Part shown: positions 17,712-27,383 of the stretch, one piece after another
Layout of the letters: each line of letters begins with the position of its first letter
How positions within the stretch are numbered: position 1 is the first letter of the stretch
Source of the DNA: Candidatus Woesearchaeota archaeon
Lineage (GTDB): Archaea > Nanobdellota > Nanobdellia > Woesearchaeales > SM23-78
DNA length: 64,000 nt
Direction: 5' to 3'
Assembly (NCBI GenBank): GCA_016932315.1
Contig: JAFGDD010000004.1
Span: 35,457-99,456 of the forward strand
Made by a program: the position numbers and the translations under genes
The notes under the pieces: model-generated
Told to the model about the DNA's origin: nothing
The model's database searches: none
Seen by the model: the letters and a program-made list of their open reading frames with translations, nothing else

Positions 17712-18377
17712 ATGAAAGCACAATGGATTATTATTGGGTTAATCATTTGCATTGCATTGATAGCAGGCTGCACAGCCAAGCCATTATCTAACGATGAAAA
17801 AACAAACAATGAACAATTAGTAGGCAATGATCGCGATGAGCACGGATGCATACCAAGCGCTGGCTACACTTGGTGCGAGGAAAAGCAGAAATGTCTGAGA
17901 ACATGGGAAGAAAGCTGCTCAGATAAAGATGATGATAGCACACAAATCGCGAACCCCGCATCACAGTATTGCGTTGAGCAAGGCGGAGAATCAAAGATAA
18001 TTACAGCAGAAGACGGTAGCCAGAGCGGAGTCTGCGTATTTGCGGATGGCTCGCAATGCGATGAATGGGCTTATTTCAGGGGAGAATGCCCAAAATGCCC
18101 TGTAGAGCAGGTTATATGCGTTGAAGGCTCGGAAGTTATAACTTATACTGGAGATAATGGCTGCAAGCATACAACTTGCAAAGCAAGGACTTATTGCAAG
18201 CCAGATCAGAGAGGAGAAAACATAGCCTGCACCATGGAGTACATGCCTGTGTGCGGCTGGTTCAACCAGAGCATACAATGCGTCAAGTATCCATGCGCAG
18301 CTACTTATGGCAACAAGTGCACTGCCTGCGCAGACTCAAAGGTTGCCTACTGGACAGAAGGCGAGTGCCCGGAATAG
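17712..18377 (+). CDS. Secreted Cys-rich lipoprotein-like protein with DUF333-like and Kazal-like modules
   Basis: Signal and lipobox-like LIAGC. NPASQYCVEQGG...C.F.DGSQCDEWAYFRGEC resembles DUF333. C..EYMPVCGW...KYPCAATYGNKCTAC resembles the Kazal PVCG...TY.N.C motif. Confidence 0.5.
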   Translation: MKAQWIIIGLIICIALIAGCTAKPLSNDEKTNNEQLVGNDRDEHGCIPSAGYTWCEEKQKCLRTWEESCSDKDDDSTQIANPASQYCVEQGGESKIITAEDGSQSGVCVFADGSQCDEWAYFRGECPKCPVEQVICVEGSEVITYTGDNGCKHTTCKARTYCKPDQRGENIACTMEYMPVCGWFNQSIQCVKYPCAATYGNKCTACADSKVAYWTEGECPE

Positions 18378-18431
18378 TGTGCTGAAAAATTCTGTGCCTA
18401 CTCGCTCGCAATATTGGAACTAATAATTTTT

Positions 18432-20870
18432 TTATTTTATCCCCGACTGCTTTTCCTTTTCTGCAATTTGGAAAGTTGTTTTAATAACCGTGTCGGGGTT
18501 CAGGCTCATGCTATGAATGCCTGCTTCAACAAGGAATTCTGCAAAGTCCGAGAAGTCTGATGGCGCCTGGCCGCATATACCAACGTACTTTCCTTTCTTA
18601 TTAGCTATTTCTATGACTTGCCTTATTAGTTTCTTGACAGCTTCGTTTCTTTCGTCATAAATGCTTCTCACAAGCTCAGAATCCCTGTCCAATCCTAGAG
18701 TCAGCTGAGTCAAATCATTGCTTCCTATTGAGAAGCCGTCAAATATGTTCAGGAATTCTTCGGCAAGCAATACATTGCTTGGTATTTCGCACATTGCATA
18801 AATCTCTAAGCCGTTCTGTCCTTGCACCAAGCCATTCTCTTTCATTACCTGCACTACCTGTCTTGCTTCTTCAAGCGTTCTGCAGAAAGGTATCATCACT
18901 TTAATGTTCGTCAAGCCGAACTCATTCCTTGCTTTTAGCAAAGCCTTGCACTCCAGTGCAAAGGCTGGTTTGTACTCGTTGCTGTAATACCTTGATGCTC
19001 CTCTAAATCCTATCATTGGATTATCTTCTTTTGGCTCAAACAAATGCCCACCAATAAGATTGGCGTACTCGTTGCTCTTGAAATCGCTTGTTCGAACAAT
19101 TACAGGCTTGGGATAAAATGCTGCTGCAATCTTTCCAACTCCTCTCGCTAATCTGTTGATGAAAAACTCTTCCTTATTGGCGTAGCCATTTGCAAGTTCA
19201 GATATTTTTGCCTTCAGCTTCCTGTCCTTTATCTCGTTAAACTTAAGAAGAGCCAGCGGATGAATCTGAATTTCTGAATTAATTATGAACTCCTCCCTTG
19301 CCAAGCCCACGCCATCATTAGGTATAAAGCTCTCCTTGAATGCCTCGTCAGGATTTGCTATGTTCATCATAATTTTAGTCTTAGGCTTGGGTAATGCTCC
19401 AAGGTCTTGCTCTTCCACATCAAACTTGATAATTCCTTGATATACCATTCCTTCTGAGCCTTGACTGCAATCAACAGTAACATCCTGTCCTGTCTTTAAT
19501 AGCTCTGTTGCTTTTTCAGTCCCAACAATGCAGGGAATGCCCAATTCTCTTGAAATGATTGCTGCGTGGCAAGTCCTGCCACCCCTATTAGTTATTATTG
19601 CGCTGGCTATCTTCATGATAGGCTCCCAGTCAGGGTCTGTCATGTCAGTAACCAAAACTTCATTCTCCTTGAAATGATGGATGTGGCTTGCTTCTGCAAT
19701 CACCCTTACTTTTCCGCTACCAATCTTGTTGCCCACAGACTGACCTTTGAGAAGAACATTGCCTTGACCTTTAAGCACATACTTGACCAGCTTACTCATG
19801 TCCTTTAATGAATGAATAGTCTCGGGTCTTGCCTGCACAATGAAAAGATGACCTGATAATCCGTCCTTTGCCCATTCCATGTCCATGGGCTTGTGATGGC
19901 CTGCTTTCTGGGAGTAATGATCCTCAATAATGCAAGCCCATCTTGCAAGCGTCAAGATTTCATCATCAGTAATAACAAATTTTTTCCTGTCAGCAGAAGC
20001 AACTTTTATGTTCTTAGTGCTCTTCTTGCTGTCCTTTGACAAGTCATAAATCATCTTTATTTCTTTAGAGCCAAGCTTCTTGCCTATTATTGGCCTGAAG
20101 CCCTGGTTAAGCATAGGCTTGAAAACCACAAACTCGTCAGGATTAACAGCTCCCTGAACCACATTCTCTCCCAATCCATAAGCACCATTAATGAGAACAG
20201 CATCCTTAAAACCTGATTCTGTGTCAATGCTGAACATTACGCCTGAGCATGCCTTGTCAGAACGAACCATCTTCTGCACCCCAATGCTCAAGCCTATCTT
20301 GAAATGGTCAAATCCTTTGTCGACGCGATAGCTTATTGCCCTGTTAGTGAACAAGCTTGCAAAGCATTTCTTACAAGCATCCAAAACCTGCTTGTCACCC
20401 CTTATATTAAGGAAAGTCTCTTGCTGGCCTGCAAAGCTGGCATCAGGCAAGTCCTCAGCAGTAGCCGAGCTCCTGACAGCAACATCAATATCTTTCCTCT
20501 CCTTATCATAAGCCCCGCAAAGGTTCCTGTAAGCCTCAAGAATTTCTTTTCTTAAATCAGCAGGGATTTCTGCATTCTTTATGAGATCTCTTATCTTATG
20601 ACCTCTCTCCTGCAAATCATGAATATCTGAGGTGTCAAGCCCAGAAAGAACTTCCTTTATCTTATCCCTGATGCCTGCCTTTTCTAGGATATAAAAATAA
20701 GCCTTTGCAGTAATGGCGAAGCCGTTAGGAACGCTAACACCCCTGCGAGTCAGATTGGTGTACATCTCTCCAAGGCTGGCGTTCTTGCCGCCAACAAAAG
20801 GCACATCCTCTATTCCAAGCTGGTCAAACCAGAGAATAAAAGCACTAGATTTATCCAACTCTCGCTTCAC
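18432..20870 (-). CDS. ppsA: Phosphoenolpyruvate synthase (pyruvate, water dikinase)
   Basis: 812 aa. N-terminal LWFDQLGIEDVPFVGGKNASLGEM is the PpsA nucleotide-binding signature. The central phospho-His region (GGRTCHAAIISRELGIPCIVG) and C-terminal PEP-utilising TIM barrel are present. Confidence 0.85.
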   Translation of the reverse strand: MKRELDKSSAFILWFDQLGIEDVPFVGGKNASLGEMYTNLTRRGVSVPNGFAITAKAYFYILEKAGIRDKIKEVLSGLDTSDIHDLQERGHKIRDLIKNAEIPADLRKEILEAYRNLCGAYDKERKDIDVAVRSSATAEDLPDASFAGQQETFLNIRGDKQVLDACKKCFASLFTNRAISYRVDKGFDHFKIGLSIGVQKMVRSDKACSGVMFSIDTESGFKDAVLINGAYGLGENVVQGAVNPDEFVVFKPMLNQGFRPIIGKKLGSKEIKMIYDLSKDSKKSTKNIKVASADRKKFVITDDEILTLARWACIIEDHYSQKAGHHKPMDMEWAKDGLSGHLFIVQARPETIHSLKDMSKLVKYVLKGQGNVLLKGQSVGNKIGSGKVRVIAEASHIHHFKENEVLVTDMTDPDWEPIMKIASAIITNRGGRTCHAAIISRELGIPCIVGTEKATELLKTGQDVTVDCSQGSEGMVYQGIIKFDVEEQDLGALPKPKTKIMMNIANPDEAFKESFIPNDGVGLAREEFIINSEIQIHPLALLKFNEIKDRKLKAKISELANGYANKEEFFINRLARGVGKIAAAFYPKPVIVRTSDFKSNEYANLIGGHLFEPKEDNPMIGFRGASRYYSNEYKPAFALECKALLKARNEFGLTNIKVMIPFCRTLEEARQVVQVMKENGLVQGQNGLEIYAMCEIPSNVLLAEEFLNIFDGFSIGSNDLTQLTLGLDRDSELVRSIYDERNEAVKKLIRQVIEIANKKGKYVGICGQAPSDFSDFAEFLVEAGIHSMSLNPDTVIKTTFQIAEKEKQSGIK

Positions 20871-20957
20871 CTCTTTTTTTATTAATCTAACTAGTTGAAT
20901 CTTTCTGTGTTTAGAGAGTATATAAATCTTTCTTAATATCTCTTTAAAATAAGAATA

Positions 20958-21632
20958 CTAAAAGCCAGAATCTATTTTTTGGCAAAGGAAAATATGACCT
21001 GGGTGCTTGTTTCTTTTCAGAGATATAAAATCAGGGCATTCATAATTTAATACCTTCAATCCTGCTTCGTTCAGCAAGCTCTCTAATTCATCTTTCTTAA
21101 AATTATGCGTCCTGAACCATTCTGAGCCGTCATCGCGTTTTACAATAACAGTTCCGTACTCGCCTGTCATTTTTGCATGTTCAAGATAATACTGGTCCGC
21201 ACCCGGAAACCAGCCGAATTCTGCTATCTGCAATACTCCTCTAGGTTTCAAAATCCTGTAACACTCCTGCAATATTCTCGTTCGGTGCTCGATTGACACA
21301 CAAGCCAAAACTGCCTGCGATACAATCCCGTCAAAAAAATCATTTGCGAAATTAGTATTCGACGCATCTTGAACACTAAAATGAACGCGATCTAGTTCAT
21401 TATTTCTTTTTGCCTCCTCAATGGCATTCTTATTAATGTCGATGCCATAAGTTTCATATCCTCTTAAGACAAACATCCTTGACAATCTACCAAAACCGCA
21501 TCCAATATCAAGAGCCTTGCTTTGATGTCTTAAGTAATCAAAAATCTTTTCTGAAAAGCCAGATGAGGCAGGCACATCTTTTGCATCTAGATTTATCCAA
21601 CAATCGTCAATCATGCCTTTTGGTAAACTCAT
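20958..21632 (-). CDS. SAM-dependent methyltransferase (class I)
   Basis: Motif I ALDIGCGFGRLS and acidic motif II GIDIN are present. Confidence 0.7.
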   Translation of the reverse strand: MSLPKGMIDDCWINLDAKDVPASSGFSEKIFDYLRHQSKALDIGCGFGRLSRMFVLRGYETYGIDINKNAIEEAKRNNELDRVHFSVQDASNTNFANDFFDGIVSQAVLACVSIEHRTRILQECYRILKPRGVLQIAEFGWFPGADQYYLEHAKMTGEYGTVIVKRDDGSEWFRTHNFKKDELESLLNEAGLKVLNYECPDFISLKRNKHPGHIFLCQKIDSGF

Positions 21633-21717
21633 ATTCCTTAAAAATGTTATGAAGTACTATCTGCTAATACGCATAATCTGAATTTATGATGCGAAAAACA
21701 TTTAAACATTAATCTTC

Positions 21718-22302
21718 ATGAATTTTTTTGCTATGTCAAAAGATATCTTTGAAATCAGGTTCCACGGCAGAGGTGGCCAGGGAGCCAAGACTGCTGCTGC
21801 GTTGCTTGCAGAGGCTGCGATGGAGCAGGGCAAGTATGTGCAAAGCTTTCCTGAATATGGTGCAGAAAGGCAGGGTGCTCCTGTTAAAGCCTTTACCCGC
21901 ATAAGTGATAAGAAGATTTATTCTCATGCAGGCGTCACCAACCCTAATGTTGTTGTCGTAGTTGACCAGACTCTTATCAAGAGCATTCCTGTGACAGAAG
22001 GACTGGATGATGATGGGTTATTGATTGTTAATACAACGCAGAGCGTTGATGAAATCAGAAAAATCATTGGCTTTAATGGCAAGATAGTGGTTATTGACGC
22101 TATCAAGATAGCTCTTGAAGAATTAGGCAAAGCAGTAACCAACACTACAATGCTGGGCACGATTGAGAAAGTAACCAACATTGTTAATTATGACAAGCTG
22201 AAAGAGAACTTGTTCAATCATTTTGTTCACGAACTAGGACAGGATATTGCAACCAAGAACGTGAACTGCTTTGTAAGGGCTTATAATGAGACCAAAGCAT
22301 GA
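21718..22302 (+). CDS. porG: Pyruvate:ferredoxin oxidoreductase gamma subunit
   Basis: IRFHGRGGQGAKTAAALLAEA is the PorG signature. Alternative start at MSKDIF (nt 21733). Confidence 0.8.
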   Translation: MNFFAMSKDIFEIRFHGRGGQGAKTAAALLAEAAMEQGKYVQSFPEYGAERQGAPVKAFTRISDKKIYSHAGVTNPNVVVVVDQTLIKSIPVTEGLDDDGLLIVNTTQSVDEIRKIIGFNGKIVVIDAIKIALEELGKAVTNTTMLGTIEKVTNIVNYDKLKENLFNHFVHELGQDIATKNVNCFVRAYNETKA

Positions 22303-22353
22303 TTATTATGAGCATAGTTAATATGACTATTGCACGGGCATGAGTGAAATAAT

Positions 22354-22710
22354 ATGGTAGAAGAAGAAAAACTCAAAGGATGGAAAGATGTTCCAATAGG
22401 TGGGAAAATATTGGAAGCAGGCAACAGCCGCAAGTACAAGACAGGCGACTGGAGAACCTTCAGGCCTGTTCACAAGCCAGAGCTTTGCACCAATTGCATG
22501 ATTTGCTGGATGGTATGCCCTGACTCCTGCATCAAAGTAGGCAAAGTTGATGATCCAAACAAAGGCAAGAAAGGAGTGAGCAATAATCCCAAGCTAGGAA
22601 ATTTCGGAGGATTTGACCTTGACTTTTGCAAAGGCTGCGGTATCTGCGCAGAAGAATGCCCATTCAAAGCAATAGAGATGCGGGAAGAGAAAGAGTTTAA
22701 GGAGGAGTAA
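22354..22710 (+). CDS. porD: Pyruvate:ferredoxin oxidoreductase delta subunit (2x[4Fe-4S] ferredoxin)
   Basis: Two CxxCxxCxxxCP motifs (CTNCMICWMVCP, CKGCGICAEECP). Confidence 0.85.
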   Translation: MVEEEKLKGWKDVPIGGKILEAGNSRKYKTGDWRTFRPVHKPELCTNCMICWMVCPDSCIKVGKVDDPNKGKKGVSNNPKLGNFGGFDLDFCKGCGICAEECPFKAIEMREEKEFKEE

Positions 22711-22830
22711 GTAAGGCGCGCCGCCGATTGAGGCGCCTAAAAAAAAATTTATTTTCAAAATTTTATAATTAAAAACAATAAAAAAAAGACTAACTAAAAA
22801 ATTTAGGCTCTGTGAGGCCGACTAAAAAAA

Positions 22831-24015
22831 ATGGCTCAAAAGACTAAGCGTGCAATGACTGGAGCAGAGTGTTCTGCAGAAGCCATGAGACAAGTTAACC
22901 CTGACGTGGTAGCTGCTTATCCTATTACTCCGCAGACTGACATCATGCATGCATTCGCCCAGTTTGTGGCAGATGGAACAGTGGACACTGACCTTATAAC
23001 AGTTGAGTCAGAGCACAGTGCAATGAGCGCCTGCGTAGGAGCAGGAGCTGCTGGCGCAAGAACCATGACTGCGACAAGCGCTAATGGATTAGCTTTGATG
23101 TGGGAAATAATTTATGTTGCTTCAGGATTAAGGATTCCCATGGTTATGAACGTGGTTAACCGCGCACTAAGCGGGCCTATTAATATTCACTGCGACCATT
23201 CAGACAGCATGGGGTGCAGGGATTCTGGCTGGATTCAACTATATTCTGAGAATGGAGAAGAAGCTTATGAGAATACATTAATGGCTGTAAAGATTAGCGA
23301 GCACCCTGATGTACTGCTGCCAGTAATGGTTTGCCAGGACGGATTCATAACAAGCCATTGCGTTGAAACAGCAGAAACAATAGATGATGAGACAATAAAG
23401 AATTTCATCGGAACATACAATCCACATTATCCTTTGCTCGATGTTGACAAGCCAGTGACTTATGGAGCATTAGACTTGTTTGATTATTATTTCGAGCACA
23501 AAAGGCAGCAACTGCTTGCAATTGAGAACTCCAAGCCTGTAATCAAAAAAGTATTTGAAGAATTCGGAAAAATATCAGGTAAGAATTATGATTTCTTTGA
23601 AAGCTACATGCTCGAAGATGCTGAGAGGGTTATTTTCTGCTCTAACAGCAGCGCAGGAAGCGCCCGTGTAGTTGTTGATGAGCTTCGCGCAAAAGGAGAG
23701 AAAGTTGGCCTTCTAAAGATGAGAGTCTTCAGGCCCTGGCTTAATGAAATGGTTGTTGAAAAGCTAAAGAATGCAAAAGCAGTTGCTGTGCTTGACAGGA
23801 GCGCGAGCTTTGGAGCAATTGGCGGGCCATTATTCATGGAAGTGAGGAGCAGCTTCCACGAGTCAGCTCATAAACCTAGTATTATCAATTATATTTATGG
23901 ACTTGGCGGCAGGGAATTAGATTTAGATCAAATAAGGAAAGTGTTTTCAGAACTTGAAGACGTTAAGAATGGCAATACTGGAGAACTATTAAAATACTTG
24001 GGAGTGAGGGAGTGA
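22831..24015 (+). CDS. porA: Pyruvate:ferredoxin oxidoreductase alpha subunit
   Basis: The N-terminus (MTGAECSAEAMRQVNPDVVAAYPITPQT) and overall similarity are typical of PorA. Size is 394 aa. Confidence 0.85.
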   Translation: MAQKTKRAMTGAECSAEAMRQVNPDVVAAYPITPQTDIMHAFAQFVADGTVDTDLITVESEHSAMSACVGAGAAGARTMTATSANGLALMWEIIYVASGLRIPMVMNVVNRALSGPINIHCDHSDSMGCRDSGWIQLYSENGEEAYENTLMAVKISEHPDVLLPVMVCQDGFITSHCVETAETIDDETIKNFIGTYNPHYPLLDVDKPVTYGALDLFDYYFEHKRQQLLAIENSKPVIKKVFEEFGKISGKNYDFFESYMLEDAERVIFCSNSSAGSARVVVDELRAKGEKVGLLKMRVFRPWLNEMVVEKLKNAKAVAVLDRSASFGAIGGPLFMEVRSSFHESAHKPSIINYIYGLGGRELDLDQIRKVFSELEDVKNGNTGELLKYLGVRE

Positions 24016-24143
24016 ATTAAGAGAGAATTAAACACAGCGAAAATGGTTAATTGCAAAAACAAAGTTTTTGAATCAACAAAATCGAAGATTTTGGGTGCTA
24101 AAAATAAATTTTTAAGCATTCCCAAATTTTCAAAGGTGAAAAT

Positions 24144-25070
24144 TTGGTAAACATTCGTGAACTAGCATTGGACGGCGAAAGATTAGTATCTGGCCACAGG
24201 CTTTGCCCTGGCTGCGGATTAAGCATAATAGCCAGAGCAGTGATGCGGGGAACAAAGGATCCTATAATAGTATCCAATGCAACAGGCTGCCTTGAAGTAA
24301 GCACCACAATTTATCCATTCACTGCGTGGGATGTTCCCTGGATACACAATGCTTTTGAGAATGCAGCAGCAACCATCTCAGGAGCAGAATCTGCTTATAA
24401 TGTGCTAAAGAAAAAAGGAAAAATCACAAAAAACATTAAGTTCCTTGCATTCGGCGGCGACGGAGGAACATATGACATTGGCCTCCAATCATTATCTGGC
24501 GCATTAGAGCGAGGACACACATTCGTTTATGTCTGCGTTGACAATGAAGGCTACATGAACACAGGAATACAGAGGAGCAGCAGCACACCAATGGGAGCTT
24601 GGACTAATACTAGCGCTGTCGGCAAGGCTCATCAAGGGAAAGAGCAGTACAAGAAAGACTTGACTGCAGTTGTTGCAGGCCACCACATACCTTATGTCGC
24701 CCAAGCCAGCCCTCATAATTACATGGACTTGGTGAGAAAAGCAGAGAAGGCATTCAACACAAAAGGACCAGCATTCATTAATGTTCTCAGCCCCTGCGTT
24801 CCAGGATGGAAATACCCTGCGCAGCTCACAATAAAAATGGCAAAGCTTGCAGTCGACACCTGCTTCTGGCCATTGTATGAGATAGAGAACGGAGTATGGA
24901 CTCTAAACTATAATCCTGGCCCTAACAAGAAGCCAATCACAGAGTGGCTCAAGACTCAAGGAAGATTCAGGCACCTGATGAAGCCGGAAAACGCCCACAT
25001 TGTAGAAGCAATACAGAAGAATATTGATGAGCGCTGGGAAGAATTAAAGAAGTGGTGCGGGAAGAATTAA
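24144..25070 (+). CDS. porB: Pyruvate:ferredoxin oxidoreductase beta subunit (TPP-binding)
   Basis: LCPGCG, the TPP motif GGDGGTYDIG...N and the downstream NNE.YMNTG region are present. Confidence 0.85.
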   Translation: MVNIRELALDGERLVSGHRLCPGCGLSIIARAVMRGTKDPIIVSNATGCLEVSTTIYPFTAWDVPWIHNAFENAAATISGAESAYNVLKKKGKITKNIKFLAFGGDGGTYDIGLQSLSGALERGHTFVYVCVDNEGYMNTGIQRSSSTPMGAWTNTSAVGKAHQGKEQYKKDLTAVVAGHHIPYVAQASPHNYMDLVRKAEKAFNTKGPAFINVLSPCVPGWKYPAQLTIKMAKLAVDTCFWPLYEIENGVWTLNYNPGPNKKPITEWLKTQGRFRHLMKPENAHIVEAIQKNIDERWEELKKWCGKN

Positions 25071-25092
25071 ATTTTAAAAAAATAAAATTTTC

Positions 25093-26274
25093 TTAATTTT
25101 TTTTCTCAACCAACTCTTTAGTTTCACGTGCTATTTGCAATTCCTCATTCGTTGGTATGATAAAAATCTTGACTTTTGAATTGTGCTTTGAAGCAATTAC
25201 AGGGTTGCTCTTGTTGGTTTTATCATCGAGCAAAATGCCTATTGGCACTAGGTGGTCGCATATGGCTTTTCTTATGAACCAGGCGTTCTCTCCTATGCCT
25301 GCTGAGAAAACAACAGCATCCAAGCCTCCAAGCAATGCCATGTAGCCGCCAATATAGAACGCTACTCTTCTAGCAAACATATCAAGTGCTAGTTTTGCTT
25401 TCTTGTTGCCTTTTACAGCTGCTGTGTGCAAGTCTCTAACATCCCTTGTCAATTCTGATATTCCTAGCAGTCCTGATTTCTTGTTAAAATAATCCTCCAT
25501 TTCATGAACCTTGAATCCTTTGTGGACAGCAAGATAAATAGGAATAGTCGGGTCCATGTTACCTGTTCTAGTTCCCATGATTAATCCTTCTAAGGGCGTA
25601 AAGCCCATGGTAGTGTCTATTGATTTTCCGTTCTTCACAGCAGCAAGTGATGCTCCGTTGCCGAGGTGACAGGTTATTATTTTGCTCTCCTTTTTTCCGA
25701 GCAATTTTATTGCGTGCTCGCTAATGTATTTGTGGCTTGGCCCGTGGAAGCCGTACTTCCTTATCTTGTGCTTCTCATAAAGCTCATAAGGCAAACCATA
25801 AAGATAAGCCTCTGGGCTGAGAGTCTGGTGGAATGCAGTGTCAAAAACAGCGACCTGAGGTATTTTGGGAAGAATTTTCTTGCAAGCCAATATGCCTGCA
25901 AGGTTGGGCGGGTTATGAAGAGGAGCAAGGTCGTAAAGATCATGTATTGTCTTTATTACTCTCGCATTGATAAGCACTGGCTGGGAATATTTTTCTCCAC
26001 CATGAACCACTCTGTGTCCGATTGCGTCAATCTCAGAATAATTCTTTACAATCCCTTTTTGCTTTAATGACTTGAAAGCCAGGAGAACTGCATCAACATG
26101 GTCTTTAACAGTAATGCTCTGCTCGTCTTTCTGACCTCCAATATTTAATTTCAGAGCACACCTATCCAATCCTATGCCATCAACATTGCCTGAGATGAGG
26201 GCTTTTTCATGCGTCATATCAAAGAATTTATACTTCAACGAGCTACTTCCAGAATTTAATACCAGAATTTTCAT
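25093..26274 (-). CDS. ackA: Acetate kinase
   Basis: MKILVLNSGSSSLKYKFF N-terminus, plus HLGNG and GHRVVHGG motifs. Size is 393 aa. Confidence 0.85.
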   Translation of the reverse strand: MKILVLNSGSSSLKYKFFDMTHEKALISGNVDGIGLDRCALKLNIGGQKDEQSITVKDHVDAVLLAFKSLKQKGIVKNYSEIDAIGHRVVHGGEKYSQPVLINARVIKTIHDLYDLAPLHNPPNLAGILACKKILPKIPQVAVFDTAFHQTLSPEAYLYGLPYELYEKHKIRKYGFHGPSHKYISEHAIKLLGKKESKIITCHLGNGASLAAVKNGKSIDTTMGFTPLEGLIMGTRTGNMDPTIPIYLAVHKGFKVHEMEDYFNKKSGLLGISELTRDVRDLHTAAVKGNKKAKLALDMFARRVAFYIGGYMALLGGLDAVVFSAGIGENAWFIRKAICDHLVPIGILLDDKTNKSNPVIASKHNSKVKIFIIPTNEELQIARETKELVEKKN

Positions 26275-26322
26275 GCCAACAATCCCTCTTATCTCACTTT
26301 CATATTTGTTTATATTGTTTGT

Positions 26323-27309
26323 CTAATTACCCTGAGCTTCAACTGCTGTTATTATTGCAACATCCACCATATCCTGGACAGAACAGCCTCGCGATAAATC
26401 ATTGACAGGCATCCTCAAACCTTGCAATATCGGGCCTACTGCATGAGCCTTGGCTAGCCTCTCAACAAGTTTGTAAGCAATATTGCCAGCGTTCAGGTCA
26501 GGGAATATTAATACATTAGCATCTCCTTGGATTGGGAAGCCTGCGCATTTCTTCTGAGCAACTTCTGGCACAAGAGCAGCATCAACTTGTATCTCTCCGT
26601 CAATAACCAACTCTGGCTTCCTGTACTTGGCTATCTTGGTAGCCTCAATAATCTTATCAACCAAGGCGTGCCTTGCAGAGCCGTGTGTTGAGAAAGAGAG
26701 AAAAGCAATTTTGGGCTCAACACCAAACTTCTTAGCAGTTTCTGCAGTGTCCAAGCCGATCTCTGCTAAATCTTTTGCATCAGGGTCAATGATTGTGGAG
26801 CAATCAGCAAAGAACATAAGCCTACCGTCACTAGGCCATATCATAAGGAACAAGCCGCTGACTTTATGGAAAGTCTCCTTTGTTCCTATTATTTCAAAAG
26901 AAGGAACAAAAGGTTTGGTTTCGCTGTTAAGGCCTGATACCATACCATCAGCATGTTTCATACGCATCATCATGGCTCCAAAGTAGTGAGGCAAAAGCAT
27001 CTTCTCCTTGGCCTGCTCTGATGTTACCCCTTTGCCTTTTCGCAGGTATAAGTATTCATCAATATATTTTTGAAGATTATCATCAAATTTGGGGTCTCGT
27101 ACTTCGACGCCAGAAAGATTCAATCCTAACTCTCCTGACCTCCTGTCAATAGCAGGTCTGTCACCAATAAGGTAGGGGACGCATATCCTTTCCCTAAGCA
27201 AGGCTTCTGCTGCTCTGAGTGTCTTTTCCTCATATGCCTCTGGAAAAACAATTCTTTGAGGATTAGCCCTTGCCTTTTCCTTTAGATTATCCAGAATAGT
27301 CCTCATCAA
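26323..27309 (-). CDS. pta: Phosphate acetyltransferase (short, single-domain form)
   Basis: 328 aa. RIVFPEAYEEKTLRAAE and DAALVPEVAQKK...GDANVLIFPDLNAGNI are Pta motifs. Confidence 0.8.
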   Translation of the reverse strand: MMRTILDNLKEKARANPQRIVFPEAYEEKTLRAAEALLRERICVPYLIGDRPAIDRRSGELGLNLSGVEVRDPKFDDNLQKYIDEYLYLRKGKGVTSEQAKEKMLLPHYFGAMMMRMKHADGMVSGLNSETKPFVPSFEIIGTKETFHKVSGLFLMIWPSDGRLMFFADCSTIIDPDAKDLAEIGLDTAETAKKFGVEPKIAFLSFSTHGSARHALVDKIIEATKIAKYRKPELVIDGEIQVDAALVPEVAQKKCAGFPIQGDANVLIFPDLNAGNIAYKLVERLAKAHAVGPILQGLRMPVNDLSRGCSVQDMVDVAIITAVEAQGN

Positions 27310-27383
27310 AACTCACCTCTTATAATGAATCTCTTTATTTGTTATTTTTTATATAAGTATAAAAAAGTTCCTGTGTTTGCTCT

